NCBI GenBank assembly: GCA_965197585.1
Contig: OZ240215.1
Location: 704,001-768,000, forward strand
Source of the DNA: Dehalococcoidia bacterium
Lineage (GTDB): Bacteria > Chloroflexota > Dehalococcoidia > Plut-88900
Direction of reading: 5' to 3'
DNA length: 64,000 nt
Shown here: in pieces, positions 1 to 10,489 of the stretch
Layout: every line of letters begins with the position of its first letter
How positions within the stretch are numbered: position 1 is the stretch's first letter
The notes under the pieces: generated by a model
What the model was told of the DNA's origin: nothing
What the model saw: only the letters and a program-made list of their open reading frames with translations
Databases searched by the model: none
Program-made: the position numbers and the translations under genes

Positions 1-1044
1 GCTCGGATGAAGATAGAGAAGGACCGGGCGTTGATCAAGTCGGGTGTGAGGCACGGGGTGACGCTGGGCAGCCCGATAGGGTTGTGGATACAGAACAGGG
101 ACTGGGAGAATTGGCAGGAAGTGATGGCTGTCGAGGCAGTAAATGGGCAGGTGAAGAAGGTGACACGGCTGAGGCCGGGCCATGCCGACATGCCGGGCAT
201 CCTGAAGTACAAACAGGACGACGTACGAAACATCCTGGAGAGGGCCAGCGCCCGGGAGACGGCGGCTCGGGTGGCGGTGGGTGCAGTATGCAGGGCTTTA
301 CTGAGCGAACTTTCGATTGAGATACATAGCAACACGCTGTCTATAGCCGGTCATGGTGTAAAGAACCCGATGCCGGAGGACTGGGGAGTGGTGGAGGAGT
401 CGGTGGTGCGGTGCCATGAGCCGAATGTTGAACAGAGGATGATAGGGGCGATAGACGCTGCAAAGGAGTCGGGGGACACGGTGGGCGGGGTGTTCCAGGT
501 GGTGGTGTCGGGGGCGCCGATAGGACTAGGGAGCCACGTGCACTGGGATAGAAAGCTGGATGCCAACCTGGCACAGGCCATGATGAGCATCAATGCGGTG
601 AAGGGCGTCGAGATTGGGCCGGGGTTCGAGCAGGCGCAGATGGTGGGGTCGCTGGTGCACGATGTCATAGAACCTTTCGACGGGACACGGGAGCGGAAGT
701 GGAAGCGGATGTCGAATCGGGCGGGGGGTATCGAGGGGGGGATGAGCAATGGTGAGGACATCGTGGTACGGGTGGCCATCAAGCCGATATCTACACTGGC
801 AAAGCCGCTTCCCTCGGTAGACCTGGCAACGGGTGAGAAGATACAGGCCCATTATGAGCGGAGTGACGTTTGTCAGACCCCGCCCGGTGGCATAGTAGGC
901 GAGGCGATGATGGCCATAGTGCTGGCGGACGCGGTAATGGAAAAGTTCGGTGGCGATCATGTCGAGGAGACGGTGCGGAACTGCAGGTCTTATTTGGAAA
1001 CCGTGGAAGCGCCGGTCGAAGCGAGAGCGCCTGCGGAGTCGTAG
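1..1044 (+). CDS. aroC: Chorismate synthase (5' end outside the window)
   Basis: RPGHAD, LERASARETAARVAVG, NRAGGIEGGMSNGE and ERSD motifs. The frame is open from base 1 (..ARMKIE), and the N-terminal TAGESHG motif is missing, so the gene is truncated by the window edge. Confidence 0.97.
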   Translation, partial: ARMKIEKDRALIKSGVRHGVTLGSPIGLWIQNRDWENWQEVMAVEAVNGQVKKVTRLRPGHADMPGILKYKQDDVRNILERASARETAARVAVGAVCRALLSELSIEIHSNTLSIAGHGVKNPMPEDWGVVEESVVRCHEPNVEQRMIGAIDAAKESGDTVGGVFQVVVSGAPIGLGSHVHWDRKLDANLAQAMMSINAVKGVEIGPGFEQAQMVGSLVHDVIEPFDGTRERKWKRMSNRAGGIEGGMSNGEDIVVRVAIKPISTLAKPLPSVDLATGEKIQAHYERSDVCQTPPGGIVGEAMMAIVLADAVMEKFGGDHVEETVRNCRSYLETVEAPVEARAPAES

Positions 1045-1110
1045 AGCCGAGTCAAAGCAAGACACGGCAAACGCAAGTATTTTCATTGAATCTTTTGATT
1101 GCGGACGCGC

Positions 1111-2859
1111 ATGAATAATCGAGGTCAAATTAAGATCGGGGACTGGAACGTATACCTGATCGGGTTTTCAGGGAGCGGGAAGTCGGCTATCGGGCGCCGG
1201 TTGGCGAGGCGGATGCGTCGGAAGCACGTGGACATGGACGACGAGATTGTCGCGAGGTCAGGGACGCCGATACCGGAGATATTCCGTCGGGAGGGGGAGC
1301 CGGGCTTCAGGTCTAGGGAGAAGGAGTTGCTGGAGGAGCTCAGCGGACGGAAGAGGCTGATAGTGTCGACGGGGGGTGGAGTGCCCCTGGCCCCGGGTAA
1401 CCGAGCGGCGATGGCAAAGAGTGGCGTGATCGTGTGCCTGGAAGCCAAGCCGGACTTCCTCTACGGGAGGCTTAAGAGGCACCTGGGGGACGAATCGAAA
1501 GGGCAGGTGCGCCCGCTGCTGGAGGGGGACGAACCGAAGAAGAGGATCGAGGCGCTGAAGGAGTACCGGCAGCGCTTCTACGCAACCGCTGACTGGACCG
1601 TACACACTGACGACCTGACGACTGATGAAGTGGTGAGGGAAGTGATCAGAGGAGTCCGATTCGCGCAGCGCAGGTTCGGGCGGCGGAAAGATGCGGGCTC
1701 GGTGTTTCCGCCGGAGGGATCACTAGGACGGGAGTCGGAGGCACCGTACTGCCGGGACATGGGAGCTTCCTTCGTTGTAGAGACGCCTGGGGGAAGATAC
1801 CCGGTGTTCGTCGGGTGGGGAACACTTTCGGAGCTGGGCCAGCGGATGAGAAACCTGGGGCTTTCAGGGAAGGCGGCTTTGATATCCGACGCCGCAGTTT
1901 ATGAGATTCACGGTGTGAAGGCGCTGGAGTCTCTGAGGTCGGCGGGATTTGAGGCGGCCAGCTATGCCGTGCCTGCCGGGGAACGGAGCAAGTCTGAGGA
2001 CGCGCTCACCAGGATATACGACTGGATGGTGGAGCAGAGGTTGGAGCGGGGAAGCACTGTGGTGGCGCTGGGGGGTGGGGTGGCGGGTGACCTGGCCGGG
2101 TACGCCGCAGCGACGTTCCTGCGAGGTGTGCCTTTAGTGCACGCACCGACTAGCCTATTAGCCATGACGGACTCGGCGATAGGTGGGAAGGTTGCGATAA
2201 ACCATCCGCGGGCGAAAAACCTGATCGGGGCGTTCTACCAGCCGCGCATGGTGCTATCGGACGTGGAGACTTTGACAACGCTGCCGGCTCGGGAGCTGGC
2301 GTCGGGGTGGGCGGAGACGATAAAGCACGGGATGATCATGGACCCGGAATTGCTGGACGCGCTTGAAAAGGACTTGGAGAAGGTGTTGGCCCTGGACCCT
2401 GAGATGACGACGGATATAGTGAAGCGGAGCTCGGGGCTGAAGGGCAAGGTGGTGAGCGGCGATGAGAAAGAAGCCGGGTGGAGGATGATACTCAACTTCG
2501 GGCACACGATAGGGCACGCCCTGGAAGCGGCGACAGAATACGGTACTTTGCTGCACGGAGAGGCGGTGTCCATCGGGGCAGTGGGGGCGGCGAGGCTGAG
2601 CAGGGAGCATGCGGGGTTGGGGGATGAAGTGGTGGATCGGCTCTTGGGCTTGCTGAACAGGTTCGGGCTGCCAACGTCGATGCCCGACTTGGACGCAGAC
2701 AGGCTGATAGAGGCGATGTTCCTGGACAAGAAGGTGCGGGGCAAGGCGATCCGCTGGGTTCTGCTGGAGGATATCGGGAAGCCGGTGATCAGAGACGACA
2801 TTCCGATGGAGTCGGTGAGGGAGGTGTTGGCAGGGCTCGCGGAAGGGGAGAAAACATAG
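1111..2859 (+). CDS. aroKB: Bifunctional shikimate kinase / 3-dehydroquinate synthase (AroK-AroB fusion)
   Basis: N-terminal GFSGSGKS P-loop, GEPGFR, STGGG, RPLL; C-terminal LGGGVAGDLAG, PTSLLAMTDSAIGGK, LNFGHTIGHALE, HGEAV. Start taken at ATG 1111. Confidence 0.95.
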   Translation: MNNRGQIKIGDWNVYLIGFSGSGKSAIGRRLARRMRRKHVDMDDEIVARSGTPIPEIFRREGEPGFRSREKELLEELSGRKRLIVSTGGGVPLAPGNRAAMAKSGVIVCLEAKPDFLYGRLKRHLGDESKGQVRPLLEGDEPKKRIEALKEYRQRFYATADWTVHTDDLTTDEVVREVIRGVRFAQRRFGRRKDAGSVFPPEGSLGRESEAPYCRDMGASFVVETPGGRYPVFVGWGTLSELGQRMRNLGLSGKAALISDAAVYEIHGVKALESLRSAGFEAASYAVPAGERSKSEDALTRIYDWMVEQRLERGSTVVALGGGVAGDLAGYAAATFLRGVPLVHAPTSLLAMTDSAIGGKVAINHPRAKNLIGAFYQPRMVLSDVETLTTLPARELASGWAETIKHGMIMDPELLDALEKDLEKVLALDPEMTTDIVKRSSGLKGKVVSGDEKEAGWRMILNFGHTIGHALEAATEYGTLLHGEAVSIGAVGAARLSREHAGLGDEVVDRLLGLLNRFGLPTSMPDLDADRLIEAMFLDKKVRGKAIRWVLLEDIGKPVIRDDIPMESVREVLAGLAEGEKT

Positions 2860-2872
2860 GAGGCCAGACCGA

Positions 2873-4606
2873 ATGTCATTGAGCAGCAGGCTTAGAGTCA
2901 GCAAGGACGAAGTTGTCGCCGAGAACGGTGTGGTCACGGCGAACCACCCGCTATCGTCGGAAGCGGGGCTGGAGATGTTGAAGAGGGGCGGCAACGCCGT
3001 CGATGCGGCGGTGGCGACGGGTTTCACGGCGTGCGTGGTGGAACCGATGATGACGACCATCGGCGGGTGCGGGTTCATGCTGGTGCATCTGGCCCAAGAG
3101 GGGAAGTCGGTGGTCATAGAGTTCAGCCCTCGGGCGCCGGGAGCGGCGGGGCCGGAGATGTACACGGTGGAGGACTCGGCAATCCTAGACATAGGACTGC
3201 AGAGCGTTGCCAACTCGGAGAACATAATCGGTCCGAAGTCGGCCAGCGTACCGGGTACCGTGGCGGGATTCTGCATGGCCCACAGCAAATACGGGTCGCT
3301 GCCGCTAGAGCAGGTAATGGAGCCAGCCATCCACCACGCGGAGCAGGGATTCGAGGTGGACTGGTACACGGCTATGTCGATAGCCGATGAGATGGAGCGG
3401 CTAGTCAGATATCCGGGGATATCGGGGCTTCTTTTGAATGGAGGATTTCCTCCTACTGTGGGATCAAGGCTGGTGCAGAAGGACCTGGCTCAAACTCTTA
3501 GGGCCGTCGCGAAGTCCGGGGCAGAAGCGTTCTACAATGGTGACATTGCGGACGCCATCGCCAGCGATGTGCAATCGAGCGGGGGAATCCTGTCCAGAGA
3601 GGACCTGGAGAACTACCGGGCGGAGGAAGTCGAGCCGGTATCGATAACTTATCGGGGGCACACGGTGCTCGCGGCGAGAGCGGTGAACGGTGGGACGACG
3701 GCACTGGAGACGTTATCGGTACTGAACAACCTAGACCTCGGGGCACGGGGGCACAATAGCGCGGAGGCGCTGCACCTGTTCATAGAGGCGACTCGGCACG
3801 CGTTTGCGGACAGGTACCGGTTCCTGGGCGATCCCGATTTCGTGTCCGTTCCAGTAAGGGGCCTGCTGTCCGCGGGATACGGGGCGGCGCTGGCAGCCGA
3901 GATGGACCGTGCGAACGCTCGGTTGGAACCCGATGGGAATACTCCGCCGTGGCTGGCCTACGCTGATACGGCGATCCACGACCCGTGGGCCTTCGACCCG
4001 GGAGAGAAGGGTGAGAAGTACGGGATGTCGGGGTCTTCGCCCAAGTCGAGCACGACGCATTTGAGCGTAGTCGACAAAGACCGGAACATGGTGTCGTGCA
4101 CGCATACGGTTGTGAACTCTTTCGGATCGATGATGGCGTGTCGGGGCACGGGGGTAGTATTGGCTGACGGGATGCTGTGGTTTAACCCGAGCCCCGGCCG
4201 GGCGAACTCGATATCAGGGTGGAAGAGGCCGCTGGTAAACATGTCGCCGGTGCTGGTGCTGAAGGACGGGCGACCCGTTATGACAGTCGGGGCCCCGGGC
4301 GGCAGGAAGATCATCAACGCGGTGACGCAGGTTGTGATGAACGTAGTGGACTTCGGGATGGGGATGCAGGACGCGATTGCCGCGCCGAGGGTGGACGCGA
4401 GCGGATTGGACACTTTGTATAGCCAGGCCCTGGACCCCGAGACGGTAGCTGGGCTTAGAGCCCGAGGACATCGGATGGCGGTGGGGCCGGAAGACTACGC
4501 CAATCACAGCTTCGCCCGGCCCGTGGGCGTGCTGATTGACGAGGAGTCGGGGAGGCTGCGGGGAGGGGTGGACATGCTGCGTCGGGCGGAGGCTCGGGGG
4601 TACTGA
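2873..4606 (+). CDS. ggt: Gamma-glutamyltransferase family protein
   Basis: GGNAVDAAVA, VPGTVAG, autoproteolysis Thr in STTHLSVVD, FGS, GAPGG motifs; SD AGGAGG upstream. Confidence 0.92.
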   Translation: MSLSSRLRVSKDEVVAENGVVTANHPLSSEAGLEMLKRGGNAVDAAVATGFTACVVEPMMTTIGGCGFMLVHLAQEGKSVVIEFSPRAPGAAGPEMYTVEDSAILDIGLQSVANSENIIGPKSASVPGTVAGFCMAHSKYGSLPLEQVMEPAIHHAEQGFEVDWYTAMSIADEMERLVRYPGISGLLLNGGFPPTVGSRLVQKDLAQTLRAVAKSGAEAFYNGDIADAIASDVQSSGGILSREDLENYRAEEVEPVSITYRGHTVLAARAVNGGTTALETLSVLNNLDLGARGHNSAEALHLFIEATRHAFADRYRFLGDPDFVSVPVRGLLSAGYGAALAAEMDRANARLEPDGNTPPWLAYADTAIHDPWAFDPGEKGEKYGMSGSSPKSSTTHLSVVDKDRNMVSCTHTVVNSFGSMMACRGTGVVLADGMLWFNPSPGRANSISGWKRPLVNMSPVLVLKDGRPVMTVGAPGGRKIINAVTQVVMNVVDFGMGMQDAIAAPRVDASGLDTLYSQALDPETVAGLRARGHRMAVGPEDYANHSFARPVGVLIDEESGRLRGGVDMLRRAEARGY

Positions 4607-4698
4607 GCCGGGGGTTGGGGTTGGGGTATAATCACTCGCGCCGCACGAAAATTACGCATTGACCATTTGACAGGTAGTTCAGCAGACCCGGAGGAGAT

Positions 4699-5892
4699 AT
4701 GCGCTTCGACAGCAACATCTATTACCACGAAGTAGAGCAGTACCCGGCGGACAAGCTGATGCAGGAGTGGAAGGAGACCGCACTGCTTTACGACCAGACG
4801 GATTTCACAGGAGTCTGGGTGGGGGAACACCACTTCTGGTACAGCGGGTGGCCGGTAGCGGCGCCGAACCCCGTGCAGGTATGCACTTTCTTCGCGGGGC
4901 TGACGGAGAGGATTCGGGTCGGGCAGACGGCTTGCATTCTGCCCGACTGGAACCCGATCAGGCTGGCGGAAGAGCTGGCGATGCTGGACAACATGACGAA
5001 GGGTCGGCTGGACGTGGGGATAGCCCGGGGGACGGACAGCACGGCTAGCATCCAGTTCAACGTGAATGCCAACAGGCGGGACAGGGAGACGAACTACGCG
5101 CTGTTCAGCGAGACGCTGGACATTCTCCTAAAGGCGTGGGGAGACGGCTCCTTCAGTCACGAGGGCCGGTTCTACACGTACCCGGTCCCGGGATGGAAGG
5201 AAAAGGACCCGGAGATATATTCCGGCGACACGAGTCACTTTGGCCCGGATGGGGAGCTGATAGGGTTGCACGTAATGCCGAAGCCTTATCAAAAGCCTCG
5301 CCCGCCGATATACCAGGCTGCGGACAGCACAAGCTCGTACACATTTGCCGGGACTCGGGGGATATGCACGACTACCGTGGGCCGGACCTTCGACGGAGTC
5401 AGGGAGGCGTGGAACGCGTATCAGGCGGCGGCGTCCAAGGCGTTCGGGCGGGATATTCCCTTTGCGAGGACGCCGGATGGCAAGAGCCTGAATGTCATGA
5501 GGCTGACGCATGTGGCTGAGACTCAGGAGCAGGCAGAGAGGGAAGCAAGGGCAGGGGTGAATGCGTTCTTCAGGGCTGCAGTGGGGATAAACGACAGATG
5601 GGGGAGGACGGGCTCGGCGGCAGTGGACGAAGAGCTAACGAACGACGAGTTGAACATGGACTGGTTCGACTTCGCGCAGGAGAAGGAAATTACGTGGATC
5701 GGGTCGCCGGACTACGTGGCGGAGAAGATCGCCAAGTTGCAGGAGGAGTTGGACTGCCAGCACGTGACGCTCTGGCCGAACCCGGGCTTTGTGCCATTCG
5801 AGACCGTGTACCACAGCCTGGAGCTATTTAATGACAAGGTCATACCGCGGTTCCAGCGGGAGTCGGCTAGGGCGCCGATAGCGGCTTCTTAG
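4699..5892 (+). CDS. LLM-class (luciferase-like) flavin-dependent monooxygenase
   Basis: WVGEHH, NPIRLAEELAMLD, GRLDVGIARG, PKPYQKPRPPI; SD GGAGG. Confidence 0.92.
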   Translation: MRFDSNIYYHEVEQYPADKLMQEWKETALLYDQTDFTGVWVGEHHFWYSGWPVAAPNPVQVCTFFAGLTERIRVGQTACILPDWNPIRLAEELAMLDNMTKGRLDVGIARGTDSTASIQFNVNANRRDRETNYALFSETLDILLKAWGDGSFSHEGRFYTYPVPGWKEKDPEIYSGDTSHFGPDGELIGLHVMPKPYQKPRPPIYQAADSTSSYTFAGTRGICTTTVGRTFDGVREAWNAYQAAASKAFGRDIPFARTPDGKSLNVMRLTHVAETQEQAEREARAGVNAFFRAAVGINDRWGRTGSAAVDEELTNDELNMDWFDFAQEKEITWIGSPDYVAEKIAKLQEELDCQHVTLWPNPGFVPFETVYHSLELFNDKVIPRFQRESARAPIAAS

Positions 5893-5932
5893 AGTGCAAG
5901 TCTCGGATTTCCAACCGACCAGGTGAAATATC

Positions 5933-5970
5933 AAGGCCGGATGCTCATTGAGCATCCGGCCTTTGCATTT
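5933..5970 (+). terminator. Intrinsic terminator after LLM gene
   Basis: AAGGCCGGATGCTCA-T-TGAGCATCCGGCCTT hairpin followed by a T-rich tail. Confidence 0.75.
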
Positions 5971-5989
5971 CTAATATGAACGGACCATT

Positions 5990-6194
5990 GCGAGCTTTGC
6001 CGATTGCTCACCATCGGATCACCCTCGCTAGCCTCGGCGAGTCTTAGCCCCTAGCCCTCCACCATCAAGGTACCTTTTTGTGACTTCAGATTGCATCTTT
6101 AGTGCTATCCAGATCACCTAACCCCCCGCTCATACTTCGAGAGCCTCAGCACGAGCGGCCCCCGCCCCTCCAACACTGGTTATGCAAATGTCTC
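5990..6194. mobile_element. Putative MITE copy containing REP-like core (6126-6158)
   Basis: Core CCGCTCATACTTCGAGAGCCTCAGCACGAGCGG; right end TTATGCAAATGTCTC; degenerate left end GCGAGCTTTGC. Same layout at 20508 and 25251. Confidence 0.55.
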
Positions 6195-6327
6195 GACCAG
6201 TAGGGGATGTAGGACGCCCGCCAAGCTCTCCGGTAGGGTTAGGCAAAGGCCTCACCCAGGAAGAACTGAGAGGGATGGATTCCTGCCCCCGCAGAGGAAT
6301 GACGGAATGGGGTCGGAGGCCGGGGGT

Positions 6328-6603
6328 CTAGCCGCCTGCGACGGCAGGGACGATGCTGACCTCGTCGCCGCTGTTGACGGCGGTGGTGATGCCGTCCTTG
6401 AAGCGAATGTCCTCGCCGTTGACGTAGACGTTGACGAATCGGTGGAGTTCCCCGCTGTCGGCGACGAGTCGGGCCTTGATCCCCGGGTGAAGTGCGTCGA
6501 GCGAGTCTATACACTCCATGATGTTCGTCCCTTCAACGGTGGCACTGCTCTCTCCGTTGGTCATACGGCGAAGGGGCGTAGGGATCTTAAGGCTGACGCT
6601 CAT
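6328..6603 (-). CDS. MoaD/ThiS/CysO-family ubiquitin-like sulfur carrier
   Basis: 91 aa, IPTPLR, FVNVYVNGEDIR, C-terminal PAVAGG; SD AGGAGG. Confidence 0.92.
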   Translation of the reverse strand: MSVSLKIPTPLRRMTNGESSATVEGTNIMECIDSLDALHPGIKARLVADSGELHRFVNVYVNGEDIRFKDGITTAVNSGDEVSIVPAVAGG

Positions 6604-6661
6604 TTAAGGGACCTCCTAAGTACTATTCCGCGAATCTAATGTCGTCAGGATAGGGGCTAAA

Positions 6662-6904
6662 TTAACCTTCTACAATATCGCCGACGATGGGGTCGACTCG
6701 GACGCCTGTCTCGGAAACCCAGGCGAGGCCGCGATTAATCTGCTCTTCCTCGCCCTCGAGTTCGAGGATAACCCAACCCTGGGTCTCGGTGACGTCAGCG
6801 CGGCGGATGTTGGTAATGACGTCGAAATTCTTGCCAAGGCCGTATATTACGGGCTCGGTGACGAGGTCCGTGGGGAAGGTGAACTTGGCTTTCATCTTTA
6901 CCAT
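6662..6904 (-). CDS. NIL domain protein
   Basis: 80 aa, EPVIYGL..F..TNIRRADV..GWVILELEG pattern; SD GAGGA. Confidence 0.85.
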   Translation of the reverse strand: MVKMKAKFTFPTDLVTEPVIYGLGKNFDVITNIRRADVTETQGWVILELEGEEEQINRGLAWVSETGVRVDPIVGDIVEG

Positions 6905-6925
6905 GTCGAGTCCTCTTGGGGTCGG

Positions 6926-8176
<1,251 letters not shown>

Positions 8177-8303
8177 GTTGGGCTGCCGTTTTCCGGGCCG
8201 GTGGCTGATGGGCGTAGGTAGGAGGGAACGCTTTCCAAGCGGGCTTTGATATATAGGTGAAATCCGTGCTAGATGCTAGCAAGGGGTAGGTGGTATGTCA
8301 AGG

Positions 8304-8341
8304 AAAAAGACTCACGGGCAGGTACTGAGCCTGCCCGTGAG
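8304..8341 (-). terminator. Intrinsic terminator of hsp20
   Basis: CTCACGGGCAGG..CCTGCCCGTGAG stem with an AAAAA run on its left (U-tract on the minus strand). Confidence 0.75.
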
Positions 8342-8367
8342 CATGAGGGACGAGATCGGTCTGGGGG

Positions 8368-8823
8368 CTAGCCGGTCTTGATCTCGATGGTCTTGGCCTT
8401 GGGCTTGACCTCGACGGTACGAGGGACGGTGAGGGTGAGTACGCCGTTTTCGAAACGGGCCTCGATATTGTCCTCTTCGAGCCCCTGGGGCAGGGTCAGG
8501 CTCCTGTGGAATGCGCCGGAGCGCCGCTCCCGGATGACGTACCTTTCGTTCTCGGACTCCTCGGTGGAATGGGCCTCGCCTTCGATGGTGAGGCGGTTGT
8601 CTTCTACCGAGACGTTGACGTTGTCGGGTTTGACACCGGGGAGGGAGGCCTGGATGACCACCTGCTTGTCATCGGCGGTAACGTCGATGGGCATAGGGTT
8701 GGCCTGATGGGTCGGGGCGGAGTACCTGTGGATTCCGAAGAACCGGTCATCGAAGAATCGGTCCATAAACCTCTTCATGCCGTTCATTCCTGCGAGCGGA
8801 TCCCGTCGTACTATAGCGTTCAT
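8368..8823 (-). CDS. Hsp20/alpha-crystallin small heat-shock protein
   Basis: LPGV, ERRSGAFHRSLTLP, ARFENGVLTLTVP; SD AGGAGG. Confidence 0.96.
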   Translation of the reverse strand: MNAIVRRDPLAGMNGMKRFMDRFFDDRFFGIHRYSAPTHQANPMPIDVTADDKQVVIQASLPGVKPDNVNVSVEDNRLTIEGEAHSTEESENERYVIRERRSGAFHRSLTLPQGLEEDNIEARFENGVLTLTVPRTVEVKPKAKTIEIKTG

Positions 8824-8896
8824 GCTTGGTCCTCCTTTTGGGTGCTACTTAGCTTTTCCTGGCTGGTGGGGGGCCACGGGCCCCCCACCGCATTTC

Positions 8897-9028
8897 CTAA
8901 AAGAATCTGATCCCGATCCCGGTGGTCTGAGCAACGGCTCCCAGAATGCCGAAGAGTGTGGAGAGAGATCCTCGGGTCCCGGGGGACTGCGCTGTGACCT
9001 GATTGCGTCCGGCTCTCTTGATGACCAT
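8897..9028 (-). CDS. Putative 43-aa small protein upstream of hsp20 (MVIKRAGRNQ...GIGIRFF)
   Basis: Perfect SD AGGAGG 6 nt before the ATG, just downstream of a TTGACA-17-TATGAT promoter. Confidence 0.6.
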   Translation of the reverse strand: MVIKRAGRNQVTAQSPGTRGSLSTLFGILGAVAQTTGIGIRFF

Positions 9029-9070
9029 TTGAAACCTCCTTCCTACAATGACGTTATCAACTATAGTGAT

Positions 9071-9099
9071 ATCATAGACATTAACTAAGGTGTTGTCAA
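9071..9099 (-). promoter_or_regulatory. Sigma-70 promoter for sORF-hsp20
   Basis: Minus strand TTGACA (9099-9094), 17 bp, TATGAT (9076-9071). Confidence 0.75.
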
Positions 9100-9128
9100 G
9101 GGTGTTTACTAAATAGTTGATAAAGACG

Positions 9129-9157
9129 TTGACAGGTAAAGTGACAGGACTTAACAT
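9129..9157 (+). promoter_or_regulatory. Sigma-70 promoter for dnaJ-hspR-clpC
   Basis: TTGACA (9129-9134), 17 bp, TAACAT (9152-9157). Confidence 0.7.
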
Positions 9158-9191
9158 ATAGTTGCACTGGAAAAGGCAAGGAACACACCAG

Positions 9192-10115
9192 ATGGCGAAA
9201 CGGAGTTATTACGATGTCCTAGGCATCAAGAAGGATGCCTCGCAAGAGGAGCTTCGGCGCGCTTTCAGGAAACTGGCCCGGAACTACCACCCGGACGTGA
9301 ACCCTGGCATGGCGGATGCGGCGGAGAAGTTCAAGGAAGTGAACGAGGCGTACCAGACGCTTTCGGACCCGGAGACGCGCCTAGACTATGATGAAGGAGG
9401 ACGGCGGCCCAAAGGTGGGGGTTGGGGTAATGGAGATGGGGTAACCCGGACGTGGTCTTTCTCTAAAGGCGGCGGCGGGCCATCGGCTTTCGGGTTCGGG
9501 GGGGAGCCGCTGGACGAGATACTCCAGAGTTTCATGGGACGCAGAGGCAGAGGACCTGCTGGAGGGGCTCCTTTCACTCGGTCACATGTTGCTCCCAGAG
9601 AACACAAGTTGGACGTGACCCTTGAGGAGGCTTACCGGGGAACTACCAGGCTTGTTGAGATGTCAGGGGCCGATGGCAGGAAACATAGGCTGGAGGTAAA
9701 GGTGCCGCCGGGGGTGTGGACCGGTTTTCGGATGTCGGTGGACCCGGACAAGGGGCGTCCCGGGGCGGGGGGTGGAGAGATTATTTTTTCGATCAACGTA
9801 TTACCGCACGACCGGTTCAATAGAGTCGGGAACGATGTTCACGTCGAGACGCCGGTCTCTCTATACGACGCGATGCTGGGCGGGGAGATCCCTGTGCAGA
9901 CCTTGAAAGGCTCGGTTGCTCTGAAACTTCCCAAAGGGACACAGAACGGACAGAGTTTCCGGTTGAAAGGCAGGGGAATGCCCATTTATGGGCAGTCGGG
10001 AGAGGGAGATGCGTACGCGACAGTGAAGGTTACGCTGCCGACGGAGTTGTCGGAGGCAGAGTCGAAACTAGTAGAGCAATTGAAAGAACTAGCAGGCGGG
10101 AAGGGGGCAGCGTGA
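9192..10115 (+). CDS. Class II J-domain protein (CbpA/DnaJ2-like, no zinc finger)
   Basis: YYDVLG, HPD motif, G/F-rich linker, DnaJ C-terminal domain, no CxxCxGxG repeats. Confidence 0.93.
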   Translation: MAKRSYYDVLGIKKDASQEELRRAFRKLARNYHPDVNPGMADAAEKFKEVNEAYQTLSDPETRLDYDEGGRRPKGGGWGNGDGVTRTWSFSKGGGGPSAFGFGGEPLDEILQSFMGRRGRGPAGGAPFTRSHVAPREHKLDVTLEEAYRGTTRLVEMSGADGRKHRLEVKVPPGVWTGFRMSVDPDKGRPGAGGGEIIFSINVLPHDRFNRVGNDVHVETPVSLYDAMLGGEIPVQTLKGSVALKLPKGTQNGQSFRLKGRGMPIYGQSGEGDAYATVKVTLPTELSEAESKLVEQLKELAGGKGAA

Positions 10116-10489
10116 ACCTCCATGACGAATCGGAGCCGCGCTACGTGATAAGCATCGCGGCGCGGATGGTGGGCGTACACGTGCAGACGTTGCGCTACTA
10201 CGAAAGAGCCGGACTTATCAAGCCGTCCAGGTCGGGGGGGAACATGCGGTTTTACTCGGCTAAGGACGTGGCACACCTTCAGAGAATAAGGTCGCTGATC
10301 GAAGACCTGGGGGTGAACCTGGCGGGAGTCGATGTGATTATGAGGATGTCCAGGCGAATGCTGGACATGCAGAATGAGCTGAATGCGGTAAAGGAAGAAC
10401 TGAACCGGCTGATGACCGGATCTCGGGGCCCGGGCGACCGCTCGGCAAGAAAAACAGACGGTCGGGATTCAGGGGGTGAAGAATGGTAA
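10112..10489 (+). CDS. hspR: MerR-family heat-shock regulator HspR-like
   Basis: [32 protein letters not shown]; GTGA overlap with dnaJ. Confidence 0.85.
   Translation: MNLHDESEPRYVISIAARMVGVHVQTLRYYERAGLIKPSRSGGNMRFYSAKDVAHLQRIRSLIEDLGVNLAGVDVIMRMSRRMLDMQNELNAVKEELNRLMTGSRGPGDRSARKTDGRDSGGEEW

Noticed and set aside
8824-9191. HAIR or CIRCE operator
   Set aside because: Neither CTTGAGT-N7-ACTCAAG nor TTAGCACTC-N9-GAGTGCTAA is present.
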